Source: Candidatus Omnitrophota bacterium | GTDB lineage: Bacteria; Omnitrophota; Gorgyraeia; B26-G9; JBDRCZ01 | Direction of reading: 5' to 3' | NCBI GenBank assembly: GCA_043821285.1 | Contig: JBDRCZ010000029.1 | Coordinates: 14,959-78,958, forward strand | Length of the DNA: 64,000 nucleotides | Shown: in pieces, positions 12,001 through 17,049 of the stretch | How the letters are laid out: each line of letters starts with the position of its first letter | Numbering within the stretch: the first letter of the stretch is position 1 | Program-made: the position numbers and the translations under genes | The notes under the pieces: generated by a model | Told to the model about the DNA's origin: nothing | Seen by the model: only the letters and a program-made list of their open reading frames with translations | Databases searched by the model: none

Positions 12001-15000
12001 GTTGTGCCGGTGTCAGATGCATTATCTGTTGCCCCGGGTAAACTTGGATCATCAATCCCTGTTCCCCATGTAGTATCTCCTGTTGTTTGTCCGCTATGCT
12101 CTGCCATTGCCGCCGCCCATTTTGCTTTATTTTTAGCTACCTGTTCCGGGTCTACTTCATTTCCTGTCGTGTCCCCGCCAATCATCTTACCTTTCGTATC
12201 AAAATAAACTGTAACTCCGTTTAACACCTGCCGGCCGGAACCGTCTTTATTAAAATATATGTCCGCACCGCTCTTATGGTCTTTGGCATAAAAGGCCATG
12301 CCGTCTTCCGGGTCCAAATGGTAAGTCATCCATTTTGCCCCGGTAACATTCATTACAATAAATTCCGGATTACTATAGTCAAACGTGGATATCGTGCCTT
12401 GTTCATGGTCAATTAATTTTAGTCTCCGGTTAATATCATTCGCATCTCTTACATCTACGATAATACATCTACCTGTAACTTCATCCCCGCGGAAAACATT
12501 TATTGCCACGACCCCTTCTTGGCTCCAATCAAACACTGAGGTTGTGCCTTTTTCATGGTCAACCCGCTTAATCGTGCGCTCGGTCTGTGCGTCTTGATAC
12601 TCGGTCATACTAATCGGCAGGGTATTGCTGTCTCCATAGTAAACATCTATTTTAATTACCGCAGGATCACTGTGGTCGTAAATCCAGGTTTGGGTCGGGG
12701 TGATCATCTTTTCCCATTGGTTGGTTGCTCTATTTCTGTAAACCGTAGCAGTTATTTGGCCGGATGGGTTAATAATTGTTGATTGAAGGAGATTGGGATT
12801 AGTGTTGTTGTTATTAACATGAAACATAACATTGCCGTTTTGCTGTATAGTAAGCGGGGCATTACGGAAATCCGTTTGCAGGTTAACTGGCAGGGATAAG
12901 ATTATATTGTTTACTAAGTTAATATTGGAAATTAATGTATTCCTGTAAGTTGTATCATTCAAATTTTGCTGCACCGTAGCAATAGCCCGTTGCAGGTTTT
13001 GTCCCTGGTTTACATTAGTGTTAATCTGTGCGGCTACTACGGCTCTCACTGTCTCCCTGGGCACAAAACTGCCACTAGCAATTGCCGCAAGCTGTGCTGT
13101 GTCATTTACTGCATCATAAGGAGATATATATGCCCCGTTTTGTGCCGCGTTCATAAAAGCACCTTTGGCTGCGGCCCGGGCAATGTCTTGTGCCTGCTGG
13201 CTGTTCGGGTCCATGCCCTGGTTAATCAACTGCCGCATGGTTGCGTCCCAGGCCTGGTCACCAGCATAACCCGCAGTATCTGCTACTGGGATAGTTGCGC
13301 TACCACCACCATTATCATTACTGTCATCATCATCGTATAGATGACCACCGCCTCTTTCAATCTCATCTAATGCTGCTGCTCTCGCTACATAACCCGCTTC
13401 CTCATCTGATAACCCCTGTTGCTTAGCATAGTCCCATGCATCCTCTCCAGCATTTGCCCCTGCTGTTATCTGCATCTCTTGCTGAGTAAGTTTCCGGGAA
13501 TTGCCCTTGGCCTGGTCACTTAATACCTTGCCATCCCATAACCGGTTAAACTCCTTAGTGGTGAGTATCTTTTTCTCGCCATTATCAATAATCGTAACAT
13601 TATTGGAATCTATCCGGATTAATGTTACCCAGTGGCCTTCAAAGTGGATAATCACCGGCCGGTTAGTTTTAATTAAACTCTCCAGGTCCATTTCATAGCC
13701 GTCTAAATTAACCTGATATTTTGTCGCAATCATCTTTAAGGCATACATCGAGGTAAATACGTCTTGTCCGCGGATTACAACTTCTCCTTCCGCTAAAATA
13801 TCCTGCAGGATTAGTTCGTAAGCTAATCTTTGCTTATCCGTATCCTTCCCCTGTATATTAAGGAGAGCAGCTAAGGCATTGACCGCACAGTTAATAATAT
13901 TTATCACCGCATCCTTGGCCCAGTTAACCGCCTTGGAAATAAAGCTCGATACAATCTCACTTGCCGAGTATTTTGCACTAATCATGGCCTGGGCAATTGT
14001 TACCATTGACCGGTCAAGTTGAGTGGCAATCTTTAAGACATCTTCGGCGCTTACCATAAGCGATTTAAGTGCCAGAATAATCTCTTGGTCAGAATAATCT
14101 GCGTTTAACAGGGTGCGGTATATCTGATAATTACTAAAGGGAAGTTTTGCCTCTTTTATTGCGGCAATAATATCTGTGGCTGAGCGGTTGGCAGATTTAA
14201 GCAAGGCCGCTATTTCCACTAAGCCCTTACCCATCTGGGCAAAGCTGGTAATAATCTCGCTGTCCGTATATCCCTGCTGGAACATTTTTAAAACTAAGGC
14301 TTCCTGCCGGTAGTCTAATTTTATTAATGCGTGCATCATTACAAATGCTTCCTGCTGTTTTTGTTCTTCAATATTTTGCTCAGGTTTTACCCCTACCTTT
14401 CCAATTTCTGGCAGTACTTTATCCCGGTGCTGTTCGATTATTTCGCGTTTTGCCGCCTCTTCCTGCAAAAGCGATAATTTCTCCCGGTCTTCTCTTGTCT
14501 GTTCTCTGACTGGTCTTGAGATTAAACTCTCGGCCTCGTGTTCTGAATACCCGGCAGAAACCAATGCCTCATAAATCTCATCGGCAAAATACCCTTGTTT
14601 TAGCGCGGTTATTGCCACATCCCGGGCAGAATTACCGGATTTTTTAAGCAGGGTAATCATTGTGGTGAGGTCATAACCCGCAGCTCCCATACCTTTGATT
14701 GATTCTTTAATAAAACTAAGATTCGAACCAATACCGGCGGCATAATCCCGGGCAATTTTACTTTCGCTGCCCGCTTGCGGAAGAGAGAGTGTGTTTAGGG
14801 GGGAATAAGCGGTTTGGGTTATATCAATTTGTTCGGTTTTTACCCGCGGGGTGTTTTTGGTGAGTTCATCAAGAAGGTCTCTCTGTCCCTGTAGATAGCG
14901 AAAATCCGCAGCCAGGGAAAAATTGCTGTTGGTAAACAAAAATGCCTGAATTAATAATACGGTGATGAATTTAAACCATAATTTCTTTGTTATTATATTC

Positions 15001-15002
15001 AT
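1..15002 (-). CDS. giant multidomain secreted protein, 5' complete, 3' end beyond window (at least 5,000 aa). Order from N-terminus: signal peptide; ~33-aa helical repeats; C39-like peptidase domain (Ser at the Cys position); beta-rich repeats; Gly-rich hydrophobic/tandem-repeat region; SF2 DExH helicase core
   Basis: GGAGG then a 7-nt spacer then ATG at 15000-15002 on the minus strand. N-terminus MNIITKKLWFKFITVLLIQAFLFTNSNFSLAADF is signal-peptide-like. Manual translation of the reverse complement from 15002 down to base 1 met no stop, and the reading frame at base 3 matches the frame set at the ATG. Plus-strand ORFs across this span are all 268 aa or shorter and lie antisense. The minus-strand ORF is absent from the track, as expected if the track lists only frames closed by a stop inside the window. 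Internal motifs: GHWVTLIRIDSNNVTIIDNGEKK (C39 His region, about 13600-13700), VGGGKT (4888-4915), DEFH (4524-4535), QGIGRNRR (3536-3560). Confidence 0.8.
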   Translation of the reverse strand, partial: MNIITKKLWFKFITVLLIQAFLFTNSNFSLAADFRYLQGQRDLLDELTKNTPRVKTEQIDITQTAYSPLNTLSLPQAGSESKIARDYAAGIGSNLSFIKESIKGMGAAGYDLTTMITLLKKSGNSARDVAITALKQGYFADEIYEALVSAGYSEHEAESLISRPVREQTREDREKLSLLQEEAAKREIIEQHRDKVLPEIGKVGVKPEQNIEEQKQQEAFVMMHALIKLDYRQEALVLKMFQQGYTDSEIITSFAQMGKGLVEIAALLKSANRSATDIIAAIKEAKLPFSNYQIYRTLLNADYSDQEIILALKSLMVSAEDVLKIATQLDRSMVTIAQAMISAKYSASEIVSSFISKAVNWAKDAVINIINCAVNALAALLNIQGKDTDKQRLAYELILQDILAEGEVVIRGQDVFTSMYALKMIATKYQVNLDGYEMDLESLIKTNRPVIIHFEGHWVTLIRIDSNNVTIIDNGEKKILTTKEFNRLWDGKVLSDQAKGNSRKLTQQEMQITAGANAGEDAWDYAKQQGLSDEEAGYVARAAALDEIERGGGHLYDDDDSNDNGGGSATIPVADTAGYAGDQAWDATMRQLINQGMDPNSQQAQDIARAAAKGAFMNAAQNGAYISPYDAVNDTAQLAAIASGSFVPRETVRAVVAAQINTNVNQGQNLQRAIATVQQNLNDTTYRNTLISNINLVNNIILSLPVNLQTDFRNAPLTIQQNGNVMFHVNNNNTNPNLLQSTIINPSGQITATVYRNRATNQWEKMITPTQTWIYDHSDPAVIKIDVYYGDSNTLPISMTEYQDAQTERTIKRVDHEKGTTSVFDWSQEGVVAINVFRGDEVTGRCIIVDVRDANDINRRLKLIDHEQGTISTFDYSNPEFIVMNVTGAKWMTYHLDPEDGMAFYAKDHKSGADIYFNKDGSGRQVLNGVTVYFDTKGKMIGGDTTGNEVDPEQVAKNKAKWAAAMAEHSGQTTGDTTWGTGIDDPSLPGATDNASDTGTTDANTAPQTSWWDNFLNGAASAANNFLNLFNNPQQPPSPQENIFVWDNLNKEAQSPLALPNIDLTQVTLDPLLDGARNFVDLFNVPVASEDTLAWSPEEPSFLDIGAMLFAPLTETTIDTDTWDLGYISEDDSIGYIPVTMSAAQVDIPGWEGLKNLFMGPSSLTYELDNMGYIPLLDDETLNNSYFTAGKSSEAPANQSKLSLDEQVSFIHTLNGVTGVVGGIMAQLPQIFGPTNPQTAAPIDPNTGMPAVQNAYLQQTKPPNLPELTIPGLNNLMNFFNQKKEEITNRYDIIQTEDGRVEIKGLDTNDPLVNILYGLRQKLEPLTSNLFTNFPLLQQEQNRISDLQTKLYPTAAEDGPGALELVCGLGPIGEALHNLGLALPKPVKDLMELANEATDNLWKLAIGSGTEDLAREAYEKPQGIAQAWYNLTESAQKVLEGASAAITDAWDKVWGFAEEEGGRDIAELWKDAREKIPVVAGTIDENTGRYITQGEKAGAYAPELDDLTSPDTFLLINIELRGEVEERYKAAIANGDTRNSTTYKKALDELDTLDPTQGIIVLKKAECGDAPAQPGSFWVMHIDIESPLISYDVQKIKFNANSALSYMGLLDETTPEIFSRGRLAELLDAARPAIEVLREECQTRKMIKENMPKTYQSIEELMKQEQNYADVLAQYKDDPTVRALIQEQDDAHFADVNLAKASLETYEALFDVRKINGQVQDAIATYWNSDENKYNNAAVDNYMNKSKQYNDKVNELKTNYGNTYAVWQDLQHARTMYDVRLNLYIDNPGFDLSSEELVRFTPEQLQARSQVVIDYKSARDAYSNKMQELYTNNPTLYNFIQDIQLLADIGAILQAGIEKRIRESAVGTNDTGDYFGGVGEKASLNQQKDRVYVELLQQLAKQGIDIDKFVGMNESDVYIDPRINSDGDNPVAYISSPGEVTPAHVDRVRDISPAAILEKIKDPDARNTAAMIINSNGYAQRIQTLDQNIVLAKARMDFAMTRMQLTHNPMSFVIPLVLPNKGDVLDFRGYSVLDWVDLTTTVPLLFVGGGLLKGGTLLAKGGTLLAKGGTKLTGKFSLAARFAEKLEPIATKIAPVASRVGAASSMGVTAVAAANAASFVVNNRQFLSFEQNIAIFATTTLSVLGLSGANVLLTQTASQGLKGIGLHSLRAGLNLGTVFGNVDMLVNNVLAQQMFSQGEDKGFLGALELSAKSYFGWDYETDDQGRINKDAGFHFDPLNVHTYTKGFIGGFILGGLLGVFGGVANVSQAATAAMSAANPAVSQVRLARVYHLGTTAYQGISNSTRLSRVYRLGESAYKGIYSGTLNSRVIGGLTVASLGGFGNIAWSYLTGGLNASSTPGEFVAAFAKGAFLGILFKWAISPQGMEFVKGIGGHVRDYSRVETAELQTGLLRRSKTPFTGDGINQLALDALEGAIKWPFVSMVMNMASPVWDTGIHVLETGADRIVGRFTGNQELINSSWQFKIGDEYTWFREGTEEQGYLPLDWGSFFTANRAISWFAAAKEGKFMGPMIKVMMRHSDEILSKSPQALTRAKAGEGAYNKARAFIGRPMARIEGSLARGMAANNSFLSIASGLVLEAKSLTFVSGFVTGIERGLQSVRRAGAYADVVSGALTAADIQAAGGFEQALARYSGMAFSEGERFALGWALLFMKPNLNRLNAELLTVREADGKINSEKTVKNFATVRKYGSLREALRQGADLEMQVLERVGELVPVVADYLREQGFVEQQTDMITQHFSRGNLATVGRDIRLGLEYLSEYAADGKKDNLQKFLAHSIWLAEGKPEGRSDIHWELAGKALAGDSSNAEIIFRNSLRRESLGVENSFGAELIKGVNSLNLSELGNLIRAHNEIKPLSDTLREKLGKEVQLVGDQDARRLLDKDVQIGDQVLVEVKLPSGERAPLRVELTEALRMQASMQVFEPYRLEGNITEGLMEVYRINPKDTKYVRHLVDYVQEHRYNARGLEKRLSAEGAETLTQTQRDYYQKQQEYQQAYLKGETQQQLALRQQSISQSLDRVNLEILKDINALIGENPQGFSEATIIGGQALLERNIKQGLTSEKLSTRNISTYIIDAYIRQLDRVADAEISNLIDRVKTARQELEHSPLIREKNELLNKIDNLRDKRRQLAERRDSLENGTGIEAFDNSVRLIDKQIERLNQGINELNKQIDRRVEGILGKQEIQLIAGSARMNMGVEMLIKLYPELEIVSGMRKMGKEIEAVVQGLESGEIEVFVDKETGKVQLQGAEGEIITEFNRDILVEGKISKDAVQERVREITGRGEKMVEGLTGLVLRIVFEKAHADLIEAKKLELKKQGRDVTKEELTGLLDVERSTAQIKMVVELLKENSVYQAVGGGKTLGFIMEMLVRGEIAKALGKSLNQLLVVKTGEAEQTVLAGDKAHGGKGSIKLQELVDIFGYELKDGNKYYTERNEQGLVDVLLSPDKIVVVDQTRLGFLSLSKNQRLCDALAMQDVVRFDEFHIPFSSKVTYITSETSLLLEKEFIEAAFHAKKALDTIFQKEIGVPEKGKIGRAQDIAEARKEEHAYVYRDRGEYCLNGKALEIINSHNIKERTAKAYFDARFAEKQETYDVKDKEIKPVENGNIAEDRVFSDRYFIAALYAKESANGPDIVDRNKLFYSKSSSQSTVAEVLGMFGRQASVLGASGTLETVELMHMLHLGKGVAKITPSTYKDVVTRGFASEPAIIRNIIREIVSSRRNGRGVLILVKDPVMYELVRKFLNDNLGETIELINTSASEKKVGDLANDAQNRIILSNVKGATGIDYIGVVDLVIADGHNWTRSELYQGIGRNRRNVAEGLRRVFYLKGALREKTASGVRLQELKRMQVTYGREVKDQAKELIRNAELMQSEELSAALVHHIREAAYSRGVIEPVKHMMRLATSEQKRDSLEAELRAILDKKDTAEVNLRLSHHARNAEEIIEQTIRGVASSSRELFDLIAKGDYGKAVKSRAALLRDIAESILTSEGYQKIQARRDISFREAVNIREITAVAKHRRFLDRILSEEISHANDVSQNRTVVHVIQQIDQARRKGGEARLTLAEKAKLFKNFDRIVLSNGTRGSPELLSRVAVFLPNDSPVTQVLEDLALQGVSLNTPQQAQTILDFISENIINSSAFADYDTQDKEEVIDFVLGMLNPEVSYDNLIIAATVYNFLTDEAKQEVEESSLLSQTFLSQPEEIAAAMLKPKVYKAPIESWQKRRQVKKDGFALSRVQQFAFTNTLGLSKKAVEQSGQRMSFVEFEARAEALLTQQNPAIATSANVEALAYTLLKLEAAGRQQEGAGLSWAGFKTARTQSAQVAVLGMEDNLRGHRLFAADKQNERAKLNAKRAELNAEIASAWKSGDFQRAIMLSQQIRNKGEKSWLDEVWDKIKGSFVRKLGTDILSLALPLGSLAIILGLVSMPISIPIISSIFSAGSSLPFPMLALSLLSTPLSFGWQAKKMYKYYVQGEAAISVDTLLNQTSKNLGVLPVLNELNLPEEYASRIEALITKQNAAAESKAGPEDNDGETENEPLTLADLGNDQIAQTIARLINPASPSIERLKVRDEQLAGFADFIEQSNLDQVSGTGKDSLKEQLKNRITEARQLPNLLISEHQFENLINELNQYTHQAALDSLDQVVADAKGRIKQYKKDVQEHNDSPQQRQELLGDLLTALVNNQMITEQEKNAFINNPDQKNLAIKPEYKKVHNLLIELSQQPDPAAYLEKIANADDAEAEQMLNLLVELGLRPQGINFDKRVLRVLIADLKEAMQKADQQLEKILNSGLRDPYIKKYARAMRNSTLAHFANNAFDENDQKQENPYQVRLNTLTGYASLTVDELRRDLEQDPEREIIVMTIRNGRVVRSKKERVFKDLEAWLNWRIEGLAQTLSDSDLTVQGRDWVEAEQEFYQAGRERLQEIGVEQPILDQSFNQAREEATAFKNEITNLVEGLIKQHFSMLSDGLKGQLKGEILKALRTVTLSGENSRKARKSDQAA
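8796..8860 (-). repeat. in-frame 21-nt tandem repeat (about 2.5 units) encoding (LLAKGGT)n within the giant gene
   Basis: accacccttagcaagtaaagt / gccgcctttagcaagcaaagt / accgcctttt... on the plus strand. Confidence 0.7.
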
Positions 15003-15022
15003 AATATAGCCTCCAAAAAAAC

Positions 15023-15045
15023 GGTTTTGTAAAATACTTAACCAC
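15023..15045 (-). promoter_or_regulatory. conserved leader motif GTGGTTAAGTATTTTACAAAACC (minus-strand sense), 21 nt upstream of the giant-gene ATG
   Basis: Near-identical motif found at 41624-41646 (upstream of clpC) and 42947-42969 (upstream of mcsB). Each copy sits 21-26 nt 5' of the start codon. Confidence 0.45.
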
Positions 15046-15087
15046 AAAAGTCACAGAGTTACATAAGAATAGAATAGTTATAGAATG

Positions 15088-15116
15088 ATCTTATCCATGC
15101 GCTTCTGTGTTCTCAA
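15088..15116 (-). promoter_or_regulatory. candidate sigma70 promoter for the giant gene (-35 TTGAGA, 17-nt spacer, -10 TAAGAT)
   Basis: Read on the minus strand: TTGAGA corresponds to plus 15111-15116 and TAAGAT to plus 15088-15093. Confidence 0.25.
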
Positions 15117-15684
15117 TTCATTATTTTCATGTTTTTCATATTCTGTCTGACACTACCATATAAAAAAACGGGCTGCCGTTTTAGATGTTAGAAATCTAAT
15201 TCTTCGGCAGCCCGGTAGTCTAGCGCTAAATTTTCGTTTTCGGTACGCCCGGCAATCTTAGCTAATAACGCTTTAGACCCGCAGCTTTGCCCTGGCTAAA
15301 TTTTAATTGACCAGGTCCGGCATAGCTAAAATAAATTATATTTCAGCAATGACGAAGCCCCCGTTTTTCAACGGGTTAGCCCTTTCGGATTTAGATTTAT
15401 AATTTAATACTTTTAAAAAGTACTTGTTAATTTTCAATATATTATTATTAATAGTGTAAACGCCTAATTGTGTAGGGATAATAATATAGGCATAATAATG
15501 TATTGCGCAATTTATTTATAATTATTTATAAATTCTTATATAAATATAGCATAAAAAAGCAGTTAAGTCAACTAAAACACGCAAAGTTTTGTTTGTCATA
15601 ACAAAAGAAAAATCAGCATGATTTTTCTTTTGGCAGAAAAAAGTAATAATTCAGAGTTAAACCTGAATTATTACTTTTTTTTAT

Positions 15685-15942
15685 TTACTTCGCGCCCTCT
15701 GTGGTTAATTTTTTTGTGTATTTAGTGTTTTCCTTAATATCCAGTAAGAGCAGTAACATCTTATTTATCGCAAATAAAACAATAAAATTAAATATTCCGA
15801 GAAATAACGTAACAAAACCCATAAACCGCGGGGCATCCGGCCCGCCGCCGCCAAAGAAAATAATCAACGTTAGCACCAGAAAAAACACGCCAATTATCCA
15901 GGCGGTAATCAAAGCAACCCGGGACACAATATTTATCATCAT
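15685..15942 (-). CDS. small hydrophobic membrane protein, hypothetical
   Basis: 85-aa ORF with two hydrophobic stretches flanking a GGGGPDAPRF segment. Confidence 0.35.
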   Translation of the reverse strand: MMINIVSRVALITAWIIGVFFLVLTLIIFFGGGGPDAPRFMGFVTLFLGIFNFIVLFAINKMLLLLLDIKENTKYTKKLTTEGAK

Positions 15943-15947
15943 AAAAA

Positions 15948-16061
15948 ATTTCCTTTAGCTTGACTATCATTGTCTCAAGACTACAGGTCATTATGCCAAG
16001 CTGATAAGCCTTTGCAGCACCGGAAATTTTTTATCCGTTTGAAAACCGTAGGTTTTCAAAC
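15948..16061 (+). repeat. interspersed repeat family D copy 1 (about 90 bp) followed by a 10-bp-stem hairpin GTTTGAAAAC-cgtagg-TTTTCAAAC
   Basis: About 75% identical to 16961-17049. The hairpin module recurs at 44990-45015. Confidence 0.5.
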
Positions 16062-16307
16062 TTTCCATCCCAAACGCCACCCTGCGACAAGACCGCAGCG
16101 AATAGGCAATTTACTAGTTTCCGGTGCTTCGCACCATCGCTAATTCATCCCTATGCCATGAGTACAGATAATTCTTAGCGTTTTTTTAACGTTCAATAAA
16201 AAATAGATAGGCTAAAACAGATTACATCCGCAACACCATGACACAGAGCGGATATAAATAAATATTGTCTCTTTGCTATCTTTATAGTCAAAGGAAATAA
16301 TAAATCT

Positions 16308-16350
16308 TGTTAATCAGGTAAATCCTGTCAGGATTTATCTATATTTTTTT
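16308..16350 (+). repeat. partial copy of repeat family F (ttaatcaggtaaatcctgtcaggattt palindrome)
   Basis: Shares the taaatcctgtca core with 19229-19318 and 27641-27735. Confidence 0.35.
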
Positions 16351-16416
16351 CATCGGTGTTCTTTTTAATCTGCGATCATCATGCATCTTCTCATCTGTGA
16401 TCATCCCTGCCTGCCG

Positions 16417-16731
16417 TTAGGTAGGTGTGTTCCGGTACTTTCTCATATAAGCACGCATGTATTCCCGGTGTTGTTTTTTTCGTTTGATGCGGTAGGCCTT
16501 TATCTTTTCCGGATGCTTCTTACGCCATTTTCTTAATTGCTCACGGCGCATATTCTGCCAGTGGGGATCACTGCTTTGGCTATATTTAAAATAATCGGGA
16601 TTTTTCATGCGCCAGTTTGCTAAATTAAGCAGGTGCCGTTCATGCTGGCATTTTTTTCTGGTACAGACTTTTTGATGGCGTGGATGATACTGGCTTGGTT
16701 TAAACCTCTTCCCGCATATTCGGCAAATCAT
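16417..16731 (-). CDS. basic CxxC zinc-ribbon protein, hypothetical
   Basis: 104-aa ORF starting MICRICGKRF with a later Cys cluster, then a highly Lys/Arg-rich tail. Confidence 0.4.
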   Translation of the reverse strand: MICRICGKRFKPSQYHPRHQKVCTRKKCQHERHLLNLANWRMKNPDYFKYSQSSDPHWQNMRREQLRKWRKKHPEKIKAYRIKRKKQHREYMRAYMRKYRNTPT

Positions 16732-16737
16732 AACATG

Positions 16738-16788
16738 AAATTCTAAATGTCCCGCCTAGCAAACTGGCGGACAGGCAAATTTCAAATG
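16738..16788 (+). repeat. partial MITE-like family C element (cccgcctagcaaactggcggacaggcaaat module)
   Basis: Matches the internal inverted-repeat module of the 48666-48870 element. Confidence 0.4.
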
Positions 16789-16810
16789 AAAAACTAAACA
16801 AAATAATACA

Positions 16811-16836
16811 ATAAAAAAAATTCCTTCGGAATCTTT
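16811..16836 (-). terminator. hairpin plus U-tract (AAAGAUUCCGAAGGAAUUUUUUUUAU on the minus-strand transcript) at the distal end of the family A repeat
   Basis: Short GC-poor stem (attcc/ggaat, extendable with one G-U pair) followed by 7-8 U. The same structure is present in every family A copy. Sits downstream of the ROK regulator gene. Confidence 0.35.
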
Positions 16837-16958
16837 TTATCCATTTAAAAACCTCTCGTGTTCAAACCTTCCCTTAACAATGAATTAAATATGCCAATCT
16901 ACACCCCAAATCCCAAGTTATCCACAGATTGAAAATCTTATTGTTTCCTATACGTTAA
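16811..16958 (+). repeat. interspersed repeat family A copy (about 150 bp)
   Basis: ataaaaaaaattccttcggaatcttttt ... ttatccacagattgaaaatcttattgtttcctatacgttaaaa. Four further near-identical copies in the window. Confidence 0.8.
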
Positions 16959-16960
16959 AA

Positions 16961-17049
16961 AATTTCCTCAAGCCTAACTATCATTATCTCAAGATTACCG
17001 GGTATTATGTCAAGCTAATCAGACTATGCAATACCGGAAATTTTTTATG
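16961..17049 (+). repeat. repeat family D copy 2, overlapping the 3' end of the ROK gene
   Basis: aatttcctcaagcctaactatcattatctcaagattaccgggtattatgtcaagc... aligns to 15948-16036. Confidence 0.5.

Noticed and set aside
15163-15182. Hairpin AAAACGG-gctg-CCGTTTT flanked by A- and T-tracts between the small membrane gene and the giant gene; considered as a bidirectional intrinsic terminator
   Set aside because: The stem has only three G-C pairs. It may be a weak terminator or attenuator, but the evidence is too thin to annotate confidently.
16918-16926. Exact DnaA-box 9-mers (TTATCCACA) at 16918-16926, 18800-18808 and 53360-53368, plus degenerate versions at 57445 and 35787; considered as a possible oriC or DnaA-titration locus
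   Set aside because: Each box is part of the same family A repeat copy. The copies are dispersed over 40 kb rather than clustered. No dnaA/dnaN or AT-rich DUE context is present. Most likely a chance 9-mer amplified by repeat spread.
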